From IMG/VR virus record IMGVR_UViG_3300028578_000003, positions 32,001-96,000 of that record: a DNA stretch of 64,000 nucleotides. One strand, given 5' to 3'. Every line of letters starts with the position of its first letter. Position 1 is the stretch's first letter. Under the pieces are notes generated by a model. It had not been told where the DNA came from. It saw nothing but the letters and a program-made list of their open reading frames with translations, and ran no database searches. The DNA is from a virus. This document shows, in pieces, positions 1 to 9,179 of the stretch. The position numbers were made by a program, and so were the translations under genes.

Positions 1-3000
1 AACCGGATCCGGGATACGTCCATCCCGGCCTCGGTCAGCAACCTGCGCAGCCGGCCGTACGTCTGGTAGTCGACGACCGTGGCGCCCTTGCGTTTGGTCG
101 GGGTGCCGATGTCCAGGAACGCGATCTGCAGCTTGCCCGGGTGCTGCTGCCACGTGGAGATGATGTTCTCGGCGACGACGTGGAGCTTGTGGTAGCCGTC
201 GTCGTCCAACCCGACCAGCGTCGGGTCGGTGGCCATCCTGCGCCCGTCGGAGCAGATCTTCAGCATGTTGTCGCAGCCCGGCCCGGGGAACCGGCCCTGC
301 GAGCGGACATCCTCGGCCCGGTCGACCAGGTCGGAGGAGTACCACTGCTGCGTGTCGGTGGGCTCCACCGGCACGATTCGCAGCTCGGAGGCCGGCCGCT
401 TGAGACCCAGCTGCTCGGCGGTGCGGATGTCCGCCACCTGTGAGAGCAGCACCCGCAGCTCCGGCGCGTTGACGAACTCCGCCGGCCGGGTCCGCATCTG
501 GAAGTCGCCGCCGTCGACCGTCACCTCAGCCGAGGAGACGAACCGCACGTAGGCGGCCGCCCACTCATCGGCCGACCCGATCCCGATCTGCTTGAGGTAC
601 GGCCGCATCGTGTAGTGCATGCACACGTACAGCTCCAGCATCGTGTTGGAGATCGGTGTGCCGGAGAACAGCGACGCGTGCGGGCCGCCGGAGTTGCGGG
701 CCCGCAGGTACCGCAGCTTCATGTCCAGGTCGGTCGCCCGCTTCGACGGCCGGACACTGAAACCCTCAGTCCGGCAAGGGATCGACAGGTTCTTGTAGTA
801 GTGGAACTCGTCGACGCACACGTAGTCGACGCCGAGTTGCTCGAACCGGATGCCCACGTCCCGGCCCTTGGCGGTGTGCCGCAACTCCTTGATGTTGGCC
901 CGCAGCCGGTCGAGCAGCTTCGCCGCGTTCTTGACCATGCGGCCCTTGAGCGACCCGCCGGCACCCTCGACCAGGCCCTCGTACAGGTCCTGCTCCTGGT
1001 CGGAGACGTACCGGGCCTGCGTCTCAGGGTCGACGTCCATCAGGTTGAACGCCGAGTGCGTGACCAGCACGATGTCCCAGTCACCGGTCGTGCAGCGGGC
1101 GGTGAACGACCGCCGCTTGCGGGCGGACCCCCGCTTGTCCTTGCCTTTGAACGTGGACGATGACGCCGACAGGATCCTCGCGGCCGGGAACAGCTGCCGG
1201 ATCTCCCGGTCGATCTGCTCGATCAGGTGGTTGGGCACCACGATCATCGGCTTACGGACCAGGCCAGCCTGCTTGAGCTTGATGGCGACCATCGCCATGA
1301 TGTTCGTCTTGCCGGCCCCGACCGGTAGCCCGCACAGCGCCGCCGAGGTCACCAGCGCCCGCGCCACGTACTCCGGCTGGTGGGCGTACGGCTTGAACCC
1401 CGGCGCGATCCCGTCGATGGTGATGTGCTCGCCGGAGAACTTGCGTGGTGCCAGGTTGTTGTACCGGTGGTTGTAGAGCGTCACCAGCCGGTCGGTCCGC
1501 TCCGGGCACTCCCACACCCACTCGCTGAACCGGGCCCGCAGCTCCTGCTGCTTCTCGGCGGCGAGCATCGACGCCTCTTGATCCTTGACCGACTTCGGTT
1601 CGCCGTCGTCGTCGTACACCGTCTTGTACACGGCCGGGGTCTTGCCGTTGAGGGCCAGCTGGACCAGCTTGAACGCGTCGACTTTCGCGGTACCCCACTC
1701 CGCCGACGCGGCCACACTGTTACGCAGCGCGCCCTGCGCCTCGATCTCCCAGTTGTTGCCGGACGACACCCGCTTGACGGTGGCGGAGTAGCCGATCACC
1801 TCGGCGATGAACGTCTTGACGTCGGTTGGCCCGATCCACGGCGTGCCGAGGTTCGCGACGATCTCACCCGGCCCCAGCCAGCGGGGCAGCACCTTCTCCA
1901 GCGCGGCCGTGTTGCGGGCGAACTGGGCGTCGTGCTTGGTCGCCGTCTGCGCGGCCAGCAGCTTGCCGCGCACGTCACCCGAGCAGTACTCCTCGGCGAT
2001 CACCCAACGGCGGGTGGTCGGGTCGAGGAACACCGTCTCGCCGAGCAGCCCGGCTACCTCGGCGAGCGCCGAGTCCCGCTCGTCGCCGAGCGGGCCGGGG
2101 ATCGGCCGACGCAGCAGCCGGGCGATGTACGCCAGATCCACCTTGCCGGCGTTGCGGTCCAGACACCATGCGAGCGCCTGTTGCGGGTCGTCGGTGGTGG
2201 TGTGCCGCACCGGCGGCACGTTCTGCCGCGCCGTTTGGATCGGTGCCGGTGCCGCCCGTACACCCGCGTCGGCCTCGTCGGCGTCGCCGTCATCGTCGGC
2301 GAACACCTCCAGCGCGTACACCAGCGGCGCGTCGGGGTCCTCACGGAACCCCTGCACGGTCGGGTAGACCCGCGACCACAACTGCTCACCGGTCTCCGGA
2401 TCGACGCCCGCGGCCCGCTGCGTGTACCTGTTCAACGGACCGTGGTGCTTGACGTAGTCCTCGTAGGCGGCCCGCACGTCGGCGCGGATCGGCTCGGTCA
2501 CCGAGTCGGTGTTGCTGTGGTCGGCCTCCGCCTTGACCAGATCGACGGCCAGGTCCCGCAGCCGCAGCAGCCGCAGCAGTTCCGGTCCCGGCCGGGGCAG
2601 CGGCTGCGCCTTGCCCTCGGTGACGACCAGCACCCCACCGTCGCCGGTGAGCCGCATCGTGCCCTCGTGCCAGCCCTCCTTGGACACGACCCCGGCCGCC
2701 TCCACGTCGAACACCGTCGGGTCCGGCGGCGCGGTCCACATCAGGTTCCGCTCCCGCGCCGCCGGCACCAACTCCCGCCGCACGAAGGTGCGCAACTGCT
2801 CGACCACGTCCTTGCCGTTCGGCTCGACCAGCAACCCGAGCCCGTACCGGTTCGTGGATCCGCGCTTCATGGTGCCGAGCACCGCGCCCGGCTCCTCGGT
2901 CCACCACTCGTTGATCGGCACATCAGCGCCGTACGTCGCGACGTCCGACTTCTGCCAGCCGTGCCCGTACGAGCGCCGCTTGGTGCCGCCCTTGCGGCGC

Positions 3001-3797
3001 AGGATCACGATGTCCGCCGCCACGTCGGTGCCACCCTCAAGCGCCCCGTTGGGCAGCCGCACCGCGCCGACGAAGTCCGCGTCCTCACCGATCGCCGCGC
3101 GCGGCTGCCAGTCGTAGGCGTCCATCGTGTACCGGCTGGTCAGCAGCACCGCGTACCCGCCGGGGGTGAGCGCCTGCGTCGCCCGCCAGATGAAGTAGTT
3201 GTGCAGGCTGTCGACCACGTGTCCCGGTGCGGTCGGGTCGAACAGCTTCACGTCACCGAACGGCACATTGCCGACCACGGCGGCGAAGTCCGACCCCACG
3301 CTCACCTCCTCCAGCGGCGCGTTGATGACCCGCGCGTGGGGGTTGAGCAGCTTGCAGATCGCGGCCGCCGTCGGGTCACGGTCGACACCAACCAGCGGCA
3401 CCCCGTCCGGCGCGGTGGCCAGGAACACCCCGGCGCCGCACCCGAGCTCCGCCACCGGCCCGCCGTCGAACCCGAACATTCCGAGCACGTCCCACATCGC
3501 CGCCGCGATGGGGCGGGGCGTGTAGAACGCGTTGTACGTGCCCCGCATACCGAGCTGCACGTCCTGCTCGGGCAGCGCGGCCTTGATCCGCTCGGCCATG
3601 TCCGCCCACGCCTGCTCCTCCGGAGCGAACGCCTTGGCCAGCGGCCCCCAGCCGGAGAACCCGGCCAGGATCACCCGCTCCGCGTCGGTGGCCACCGTGC
3701 GTGCCTGCTCACGGATCCGGGCCAGCGCCTCGATCGCGGCGACCGAGGCGCGTGCTCTGCCGATCGCGCCGACTCCCTTTCCTGCCTGTTCGGTCAT
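1..3797 (-). CDS. DarB-like N6-adenine DNA methyltransferase / SNF2-type helicase fusion (3' end beyond window)
   Basis: Absent from the ORF track because it is open at the edge. Translation from ATG 3797 (SD GAAGGGAAG) gives FSGWG, NAFYTP, ELGCGAG (SAM motif I), GNVPF (motif IV), GLPVGAGKT (Walker A), VDEFHYYKN and SGTPISNT, the typical DarB/giant methylase-helicase motif order. Confidence 0.88.
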   Translation of the reverse strand, partial: MTEQAGKGVGAIGRARASVAAIEALARIREQARTVATDAERVILAGFSGWGPLAKAFAPEEQAWADMAERIKAALPEQDVQLGMRGTYNAFYTPRPIAAAMWDVLGMFGFDGGPVAELGCGAGVFLATAPDGVPLVGVDRDPTAAAICKLLNPHARVINAPLEEVSVGSDFAAVVGNVPFGDVKLFDPTAPGHVVDSLHNYFIWRATQALTPGGYAVLLTSRYTMDAYDWQPRAAIGEDADFVGAVRLPNGALEGGTDVAADIVILRRKGGTKRRSYGHGWQKSDVATYGADVPINEWWTEEPGAVLGTMKRGSTNRYGLGLLVEPNGKDVVEQLRTFVRRELVPAARERNLMWTAPPDPTVFDVEAAGVVSKEGWHEGTMRLTGDGGVLVVTEGKAQPLPRPGPELLRLLRLRDLAVDLVKAEADHSNTDSVTEPIRADVRAAYEDYVKHHGPLNRYTQRAAGVDPETGEQLWSRVYPTVQGFREDPDAPLVYALEVFADDDGDADEADAGVRAAPAPIQTARQNVPPVRHTTTDDPQQALAWCLDRNAGKVDLAYIARLLRRPIPGPLGDERDSALAEVAGLLGETVFLDPTTRRWVIAEEYCSGDVRGKLLAAQTATKHDAQFARNTAALEKVLPRWLGPGEIVANLGTPWIGPTDVKTFIAEVIGYSATVKRVSSGNNWEIEAQGALRNSVAASAEWGTAKVDAFKLVQLALNGKTPAVYKTVYDDDGEPKSVKDQEASMLAAEKQQELRARFSEWVWECPERTDRLVTLYNHRYNNLAPRKFSGEHITIDGIAPGFKPYAHQPEYVARALVTSAALCGLPVGAGKTNIMAMVAIKLKQAGLVRKPMIVVPNHLIEQIDREIRQLFPAARILSASSSTFKGKDKRGSARKRRSFTARCTTGDWDIVLVTHSAFNLMDVDPETQARYVSDQEQDLYEGLVEGAGGSLKGRMVKNAAKLLDRLRANIKELRHTAKGRDVGIRFEQLGVDYVCVDEFHYYKNLSIPCRTEGFSVRPSKRATDLDMKLRYLRARNSGGPHASLFSGTPISNTMLELYVCMHYTMRPYLKQIGIGSADEWAAAYVRFVSSAEVTVDGGDFQMRTRPAEFVNAPELRVLLSQVADIRTAEQLGLKRPASELRIVPVEPTDTQQWYSSDLVDRAEDVRSQGRFPGPGCDNMLKICSDGRRMATDPTLVGLDDDGYHKLHVVAENIISTWQQHPGKLQIAFLDIGTPTKRKGATVVDYQTYGRLRRLLTEAGMDVSRIR

Positions 3798-3815
3798 GTC
3801 GCTTCCCTTCATTCG

Positions 3816-3883
3816 TCCGACACGACACGGCGGGCCGCCCGGACGCCCCGTGACGCCCGGACCTCCCACCGACCCGCACCGGG
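3816..3883 (-). repeat. conserved intergenic long hairpin, copy 1
   Basis: Minus strand CGGTGGG-AG-[inner stem-loop]-GG-CCCGCCG-TGTCGTGTCGGA, directly upstream of the DarB-like RBS. Confidence 0.75.
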
Positions 3884-3892
3884 CCGAGACTT

Positions 3893-3906
3893 GTTACCCC
3901 AACTAC
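3893..3906 (-). promoter_or_regulatory. 14-bp asymmetric operator-like motif GTAGTTGGGGTAAC
   Basis: Exact copies at 3893, 7751 and 10677; one-mismatch copy at 10780; all in the same orientation. Confidence 0.7.
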
Positions 3907-4028
3907 TGGTGAGGTTCGACCCACAGCGGCGACGCCGCCCACAACACCGTCAGCACCACCGTCAGCACCACCGCCACAAGCAGCGCCGACTGCGCGCTCT
4001 TGGGTATGGCCCGCCACACCCGCCGCAT
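3903..4028 (-). CDS. small membrane protein (41 aa)
   Basis: MRRVWRAIPKSAQSALLVAVVLTVVLTVLWAASPLWVEPHQ; its ATG overlaps the upstream TAA (TAATG); one hydrophobic helix. Confidence 0.6.
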   Translation of the reverse strand: MRRVWRAIPKSAQSALLVAVVLTVVLTVLWAASPLWVEPHQ

Positions 4029-4594
4029 TACTGCTCTCCTGCCTGGCCAGTGCGACGCTTGCTGCGCCGCAGCCACTCGGGCGCGGGCCTGGCATTCGGG
4101 AACTCCCGGCCCGCCTTACGCGCCTTGGCGACCAGCTGCGAGACCAGACCGTCGCTGAACCCGCACACCCGACCTGCCTTGCGGTACGACAGACCGGCCG
4201 CCACGAGATCCAGAGCGATCTCATGGCGGCGGTTGACCAGCGCGGTGTGCCGCTTCTCGACCGCGTCGAGCTCCACGCGGAGCTGCTTTGCTTCGAGAGT
4301 CAGCGTGGCCACGACATCCACCGCCGCCACGTACCGGACGTTCGTCTCGACCTCGTAGACGAGGCCGCGGTTACGGGCCCACGCGATCGCGGCGTCCAGG
4401 TCGTACGCCCATGGCGACTTGCTGTCGGACAGCAGCTTCGGCTCGCCGGCCGCCCACTGCTTCCACCGGCCCAGCCCGTACCGCTCCAGCCCCAGCGCCT
4501 GCTCCAGATCGCGCCACTGCTCCTCGGTCTGGACCCCGTGGAGCATGACGGTCCGTTCGATGACCTCACCGTCGCCGTAGACCGCCGCGCTCAT
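4028..4594 (-). CDS. hypothetical protein with C-terminal helix-turn-helix
   Basis: GLSYRKAGRVCGFSDGLVSQL is HTH-like and follows a coiled coil; ATGA overlap with the upstream gene. Confidence 0.7.
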   Translation of the reverse strand: MSAAVYGDGEVIERTVMLHGVQTEEQWRDLEQALGLERYGLGRWKQWAAGEPKLLSDSKSPWAYDLDAAIAWARNRGLVYEVETNVRYVAAVDVVATLTLEAKQLRVELDAVEKRHTALVNRRHEIALDLVAAGLSYRKAGRVCGFSDGLVSQLVAKARKAGREFPNARPAPEWLRRSKRRTGQAGEQ

Positions 4595-5190
4595 CGCGCG
4601 GCCACCTGGTCGGACGCGTACGGGGCGAGCACGGCCGCCTGCGCCCGCTCAACCGTGGAGGCGCTGGCCGTGGCGGACCACAGCCCCTGCTCCCAGCGGT
4701 CGTCGTCGCGCGTGTCCTCGACCGTGCCGGGCACGTGGTAGTCGACCACGATGTGGTCGTCCTGCCAGTGCCCGAAGAACGTGAACGTCCGCACCCACCG
4801 GTCGACCGCCTGGTCCATGAGGATTCGCGCCATCCGCAGCACCGTGTGCGCCGGCACGGCCGTGCTGTCGGTCAGCCCCCGCGACAGCTCGTCGTCGTGG
4901 GTGCTGGTCGGGGACGAGTAGACGATGATCCGCCAGCCCTTCAGCCCGTCCCAGATCAGGTCGGCGACCGGGCCGCCGAGGTCCACCTGGATCACGTGGT
5001 CGGGGTAGTCGAACACGGTCGGGCCCTCGACGTACGTCTTGCTCACCTCGTACCCGACCCCGGACACCGCCTCAGCCACGCCGGCGACGTAGCGGGCATC
5101 CTCCGCCAACTTCCGCCTCTGCGCGTCGGGCACGTACACGCCCAGCTCATGCCCGCCGTCCTGGCCGGGAAAGCCACCCATAGAAGCCAT
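4591..5190 (-). CDS. hypothetical protein
   Basis: 199-aa ORF, SD GAGAGGGG, coupled to the next gene. Confidence 0.75.
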   Translation of the reverse strand: MASMGGFPGQDGGHELGVYVPDAQRRKLAEDARYVAGVAEAVSGVGYEVSKTYVEGPTVFDYPDHVIQVDLGGPVADLIWDGLKGWRIIVYSSPTSTHDDELSRGLTDSTAVPAHTVLRMARILMDQAVDRWVRTFTFFGHWQDDHIVVDYHVPGTVEDTRDDDRWEQGLWSATASASTVERAQAAVLAPYASDQVAAR

Positions 5191-5218
5191 GCCTTACCCC
5201 TCTCGTTGGTCGTGCCCG

Positions 5219-5277
5219 TCTGGCACGACTCGGCGGGCGGCCCGACCCCCGTGTCGGGCTTCCCACCGGGCCGTATC
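5219..5277 (-). repeat. conserved intergenic long hairpin, copy 2
   Basis: CGGTGGG-AA-[GCCCGAC..GTCGGGC]-CG-CCCGCCG-AGTCGTGCCAGA; the inner stem differs in sequence but still pairs. Confidence 0.75.
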
Positions 5278-5623
5278 AGCCCACCGGCGCGCACTGGGCG
5301 AACAGCGCCCGGACCGTGCGCCGGCCCAGTGGCAGCACCCACTCGGTCGGCGTGGTGAAGTGGGCACCGGCGCAGGCCCGGCACAGCACGTCACCGGGCT
5401 GCCCGTCGCGCAGCCGCACCTGAGCCGCCCGGTCGCAGTACTCGCAGGCCAGCGCGAACCGCCAGTTACGCGGGTCCACCACAACCGCCGACCGCTCCCC
5501 GTCGAACCGGATCAGCAGGCCCGCCGGGCCGGACCACGCGACAGCCGTCGCGCACAGGCCGTCCGCGCCCCACAGCCTCGCGCCCGGATTGAGCGCCACC
5601 ATCGTTGCCATGGCCGCGCTCAC
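5276..5623 (-). CDS. hypothetical protein, Cys-pair (zinc-finger-like)
   Basis: GTGA overlap with the upstream stop; CEYC...CRAC. Confidence 0.6.
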   Translation of the reverse strand: MSAAMATMVALNPGARLWGADGLCATAVAWSGPAGLLIRFDGERSAVVVDPRNWRFALACEYCDRAAQVRLRDGQPGDVLCRACAGAHFTTPTEWVLPLGRRTVRALFAQCAPVG

Positions 5624-6057
5624 ACCCAGGTGCCCTGGCAGTTGGCCTCTCGGCACGTCTCGCCGGGGTCGGCGCCGCACTCGGTGCAGCCTTGGTGCTC
5701 GACGAGCTGCGCCGCGCCGAACATCGCGCCGACCGTCGCGTCGGCCATGTTGAGCGTGATCGCCACGGACGTTTCCAGCATCGGGGTGGTCGTCTGCTCC
5801 TCACGGGTCGCCGCGAGCCGCGTGGTGAGGCGGAACGACTCGACCAGCGTCGCCGGCACGACCGCCCGCAGGTGGTCCGGACGCTCGCCATCCCACGCCG
5901 GCGCCTCAACCAGCCCGGCCGGGCCGTACACCGACCGCAGCGGTTCGAGCAGGTACAGGCCGGCGGGGATCGCGTACTCGTCGGACGCGACGAGCGGCGA
6001 GCCGATGACGATCATCGTCGCCTCGCGGAACAGCAGGGCCAAAGGCTTGATCTGCAT
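5620..6057 (-). CDS. hypothetical protein
   Basis: SD AAGGAG before ATG 6057 (MQIKPLALL); C-terminal CTECGADPGETC...C. Confidence 0.7.
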   Translation of the reverse strand: MQIKPLALLFREATMIVIGSPLVASDEYAIPAGLYLLEPLRSVYGPAGLVEAPAWDGERPDHLRAVVPATLVESFRLTTRLAATREEQTTTPMLETSVAITLNMADATVGAMFGAAQLVEHQGCTECGADPGETCREANCQGTWV

Positions 6058-6109
6058 GCGTTGCTCCTTAGCTAGGGACCGTGGCCGACTCGTGCCGGAC
6101 CCACTCGGC

Positions 6110-6151
6110 GATCCGCCCACGCTCGGCCACATGGCCGAGCGTGGGCGGATC
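6110..6151. repeat. perfect ~20-bp intergenic inverted repeat
   Basis: GATCCGCCCACGCTCGGCCA-CA-TGGCCGAGCGTGGGCGGATC; no U-tract. Confidence 0.8.
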
Positions 6152-6168
6152 ACTGGGCAGCGCCGGGT

Positions 6169-6609
6169 TTAGAGCGTGTCGTCCTCCGTCAGCTCGTTGT
6201 GCCTGTCGACCCACGCGGCGACCCGCGTCAGGTCCTCGTCGGTCGGGTAGTGGGCGAAGGACTCGTCCTCGGTCAGGCACGCGTCGGTACCCGCGTCGTG
6301 GACGTCGTACGACACCGGCCCGCCGTTCCACCGCAGCTCGACCACGTAGACCGGTCGGCCCCGCACCCGCCGCCCGTCGGCATACCTGCGCTCACCCACC
6401 ACCCGCGAGCCCGGCGGTATCTCTCGCCGCGCGGTCGGCTGTTCGGCCGGCCCCTCGACGACGTGGCACGGCTCCGACCAGTGCGTGTGACACGGCGGGA
6501 CGCAGAACGTGGGGCCGCCCTCGAACCCGGCCGGCTTGGGGGCGAACCGGTGCGGGATGCCGGAGAAGATCGGTGGAACGTCCGGCCACACCACGTTCAG
6601 CCCGCTCAC
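6169..6609 (-). CDS. hypothetical protein
   Basis: GTG start overlapping the upstream TGA; C-terminal part of track ORF 6169..7107. Confidence 0.65.
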   Translation of the reverse strand: MSGLNVVWPDVPPIFSGIPHRFAPKPAGFEGGPTFCVPPCHTHWSEPCHVVEGPAEQPTARREIPPGSRVVGERRYADGRRVRGRPVYVVELRWNGGPVSYDVHDAGTDACLTEDESFAHYPTDEDLTRVAAWVDRHNELTEDDTL

Positions 6610-7025
6610 ACCGTCACCAGCACCCGGCCGACGACCTCGAACGCCGCCGCCTCGGTGCGCTGGGCGTACCAGGTGGCCCGGGAGTGGTCGGCGGCGTCGA
6701 CGATCTGCTGCCAGTACGCGCGGTGCTCGTCGCCGTTGATCCCGGAGCGCAGCTCCTTCGCGGTCGCCTCGATCACCCACTCCAGCGCCTGCTCCAGCGC
6801 CGGCACCCCCGCGCTGCTGTCCAGCGCCGCGCTGGTCTCCTCGAACCCGGGGATGCCGGGAGCGAAGGAGAGCATCCCCGCGAGCCGCTCGTCGGCACGA
6901 TGGCCGGGCGTCTCCAGCTGCACCAGCGTGCGGACGACCCGACCGTTCGCGGTGTCCCCGATCACGGACAGACTCCAGCCCTGGAAGCGGCCGCGGTAGA
7001 AAGTGATGCTCCTGCTGCTCGACAT
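6606..7025 (-). CDS. hypothetical protein
   Basis: SD GAAGGAG before ATG 7025 (MSSSRSITFY). Confidence 0.7.
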   Translation of the reverse strand: MSSSRSITFYRGRFQGWSLSVIGDTANGRVVRTLVQLETPGHRADERLAGMLSFAPGIPGFEETSAALDSSAGVPALEQALEWVIEATAKELRSGINGDEHRAYWQQIVDAADHSRATWYAQRTEAAAFEVVGRVLVTV

Positions 7026-7201
7026 GCTGTTCTCCTTCGATCTGGGTAGGTGGCCGGTCGTGCACCGGGACCACTCGGCACCCGGCCGCCGTGAGGCGGT
7101 CGAGCACCGGGCAGCACCGACAACCCGCCCGGTACGCCCTTTGGCAGCACCGTGCGGGGCCTTACCGCGCTGCTCGCACCAAGGCGGCCGATGCCACCCC
7201 G

Positions 7202-7345
7202 CTACGCTTTCCAGCCGCCGATGCGGCGGCGCCGCTTCGACCAGCTGAAAAGCGGCTTGGCGTTGCGCGTCCCCGCCGCCTTCCGGTGGCTGACGGTCCG
7301 GTGCCGGGAAATGCTCCGGCCGCAACTGCTCATGGTGTGGTTCAT
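7202..7345 (-). CDS. small Arg/Lys-rich peptide (47 aa)
   Basis: SD GAGAGGGG; MNHTMSSCGRSISRHRTVSHRKAAGTRNAKPLFSWSKRRRRIGGWKA. Confidence 0.45.
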   Translation of the reverse strand: MNHTMSSCGRSISRHRTVSHRKAAGTRNAKPLFSWSKRRRRIGGWKA

Positions 7346-7357
7346 GGGTGGCCCCTC

Positions 7358-7651
7358 TCAGGCGTAGGTGATGCTGTCGATGAGTCGGCTGTGCCGGTCG
7401 CGGGAGCTCTCGCCGTCGCGGCGACCCGGCCGCGTGTAGTGAGTGCCGCCGCCGGAGCTGACCGGGCCAGCGGGCATGTCGGTGCGCGCAGTGGTGCCCG
7501 GCACCCGGACCCCGTCCGGGTAGAAGACACCCGCGACCTGGTTATTCAGCGTGACCACGACACCGCTGCACCCGTTGCGTCGTGCTGGCGCCAGACCGGT
7601 GATCCGCTTGCCGTTCAGGAAGGCCCCACGGCGCAGGTCTTTCGGGAACAT
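7358..7651 (-). CDS. hypothetical protein
   Basis: SD GAGGAG before ATG 7651 (MFPKDLRRG). Confidence 0.7.
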   Translation of the reverse strand: MFPKDLRRGAFLNGKRITGLAPARRNGCSGVVVTLNNQVAGVFYPDGVRVPGTTARTDMPAGPVSSGGGTHYTRPGRRDGESSRDRHSRLIDSITYA

Positions 7652-7679
7652 GCCGACTCCTCGTGTCGCTGCGTACCGC

Positions 7680-7744
7680 TCTGGCACGACACGGCGGGCC
7701 GCCCGGACGCGAGTGCGCCCGGACTTCCCACCGGTACCGCGTCA
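7680..7744 (-). repeat. conserved intergenic long hairpin, copy 3
   Basis: CGGTGGG-AA-[GTCCGGGCG..CGTCCGGGC]-GG-CCCGCCG-TGTCGTGCCAGA. Confidence 0.75.
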
Positions 7745-7750
7745 GGTCGT

Positions 7751-7764
7751 GTTACCCCAACTAC
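7751..7764 (-). promoter_or_regulatory. 14-bp operator-like motif
   Basis: Exact copy just after the stop of gene 7769-9172. Confidence 0.7.
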
Positions 7765-7768
7765 CGCG

Positions 7769-9172
7769 TCAGGCCGACTTGTGCATCCGGTTGCCCACAC
7801 CCGGCACGCTCCGGACCGCCGCCACGAGAGCCGAAGTCAGCAGGTCGCCATCGACGTCAGCGCCGCCCCACTCCACCACGGTCATGACCAACTGGTGGTT
7901 GACCTTGTCGCGACGCACCTCGATCTTGACACCGAACTTGTTGGTCACCGCCCGCAGGACCGCCTGACGCACCTTCGTGGCAACCTCGTTCCGCGACTTG
8001 CCCGACAGGCCAGCCTGAAGCCTGAACTGCCACCCATCCGTCGCGGACCGCTCCGCCTGGTCCTGCTCCACCACCGGCTGCGCCGCCTTGCGCGCCTTGC
8101 GGCCCGGCTTCTCGGCAGGCTCCGGCTCCACGTCCTGGACCGCCACGCCCAGCTTGCCCCGGCACAGCGCGCCGCCGAACGGCCGCTCGTGCATGTCCAG
8201 CCGACCGTCAATCACCGGCTGCTCCGTACGGCACGAGGGGCACTTCGCCATCTCCGGCGCCGGAGCGGCCGTAGCCGGCAACGCCAGCAGGCCCGACAGG
8301 TCCAGCTTCGCTGGGGCAGGCTCCGCCGCAGGCGCCACGGGCACACCGGCGCAGGTGTTGCACTTGACCATCGGCATACCAGCCGCGTCCCGACCGATAC
8401 GCCCGGTCTCCCGGTCCAGACCCACGGCGCCGCACCCGCCGCACGTCTCACGACCCACACCCAAACCCCAATACAGGGCGTTGTGCGCCGCGTCGAACGC
8501 CCGCTGCCACTCGCGGAGCTGCTGCGCCGTGCGCTTCACGGGCAGCGGCTCACCGTTGACCTCCGTGACGATGTCGGTCTCCACCCGGTACAGCGGCACC
8601 CCATCGACCTGCTCCGCCGCCAGACGGGTGAGCAGCGCGTTGATCCGGTCCATGTCCGGCGCGAACCCACCGGTCCGGGGCAGGTAGAACGCATCCTGCT
8701 TCGCCCGCCACCAGAACCAACCCTCGCCGCCCTTTTTCGCCGTTCCGACGATCAGGTGAGCCCGAGAGTGCTGCTCCACCCCGTGGATCACGGTCGGGTG
8801 CTCGCCATCGTGGACCAGCCGCAGCGTGACGGTCTCCACCTTCGGGGTCTCCACCTTCGGAGCCGGCACGGCCTTCTTCGCCACCGCCTTCTTCGGAGCA
8901 GCCTCCACCTTCGGCGCCGCCGGCGCGGGCGTCTCCTCGACAGGCTCCGCCGCCTCCTTCGCCGCGATCTCGTTCGACAGCCACTGCGCCACCTCGGCGA
9001 ACGTCGGTGTCGGCTGGCCCGCCGCACCCGGGAACCGGAAGTCCGGGTACTTCTGCGCGCCCCGCTTCGCCTTAGCGAGCGCGTTCTTCAGCTTGCCCTC
9101 GTTATTGTCCGTGAGGACCTGCTTCGCCAGCACCAAGCGAGGGTCATCCGTTTTCGTAGCCGTAGCCGCCAC
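7769..9172 (-). CDS. first gene of the leftward operon; multidomain hypothetical protein with Ala/Pro/Lys linker and Cys pairs
   Basis: GTG 9172 after GGAAGGTGAG; phage-like codon use; CGGC, CNTC and CPSC pairs. Confidence 0.75.
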   Translation of the reverse strand: MAATATKTDDPRLVLAKQVLTDNNEGKLKNALAKAKRGAQKYPDFRFPGAAGQPTPTFAEVAQWLSNEIAAKEAAEPVEETPAPAAPKVEAAPKKAVAKKAVPAPKVETPKVETVTLRLVHDGEHPTVIHGVEQHSRAHLIVGTAKKGGEGWFWWRAKQDAFYLPRTGGFAPDMDRINALLTRLAAEQVDGVPLYRVETDIVTEVNGEPLPVKRTAQQLREWQRAFDAAHNALYWGLGVGRETCGGCGAVGLDRETGRIGRDAAGMPMVKCNTCAGVPVAPAAEPAPAKLDLSGLLALPATAAPAPEMAKCPSCRTEQPVIDGRLDMHERPFGGALCRGKLGVAVQDVEPEPAEKPGRKARKAAQPVVEQDQAERSATDGWQFRLQAGLSGKSRNEVATKVRQAVLRAVTNKFGVKIEVRRDKVNHQLVMTVVEWGGADVDGDLLTSALVAAVRSVPGVGNRMHKSA

Positions 9173-9179
9173 TTTTCTC

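Noticed and set aside
3940-3985. CACCGTCAGCAC short tandem repeat as a regulatory array
   Set aside because: Explained by the VVLT-VVLT coding repeat of the small membrane gene.
1380-4358. 992-aa + strand ORF, and similar long ORFs 7091..9205, 26095..28659, 44120..47170, 55654..57468 and 61132..63477
   Set aside because: Antisense shadows of real genes in high-GC DNA; motif-free, R/G/V/H-rich translations.
7680-7744. Intergenic motif as a cobalamin riboswitch (GGGAA...GGCCCGCC...GCCAGA)
   Set aside because: Lacks the GCCACUG and the rest of the B12 box, is too short, folds as one long hairpin, and precedes non-B12 genes.
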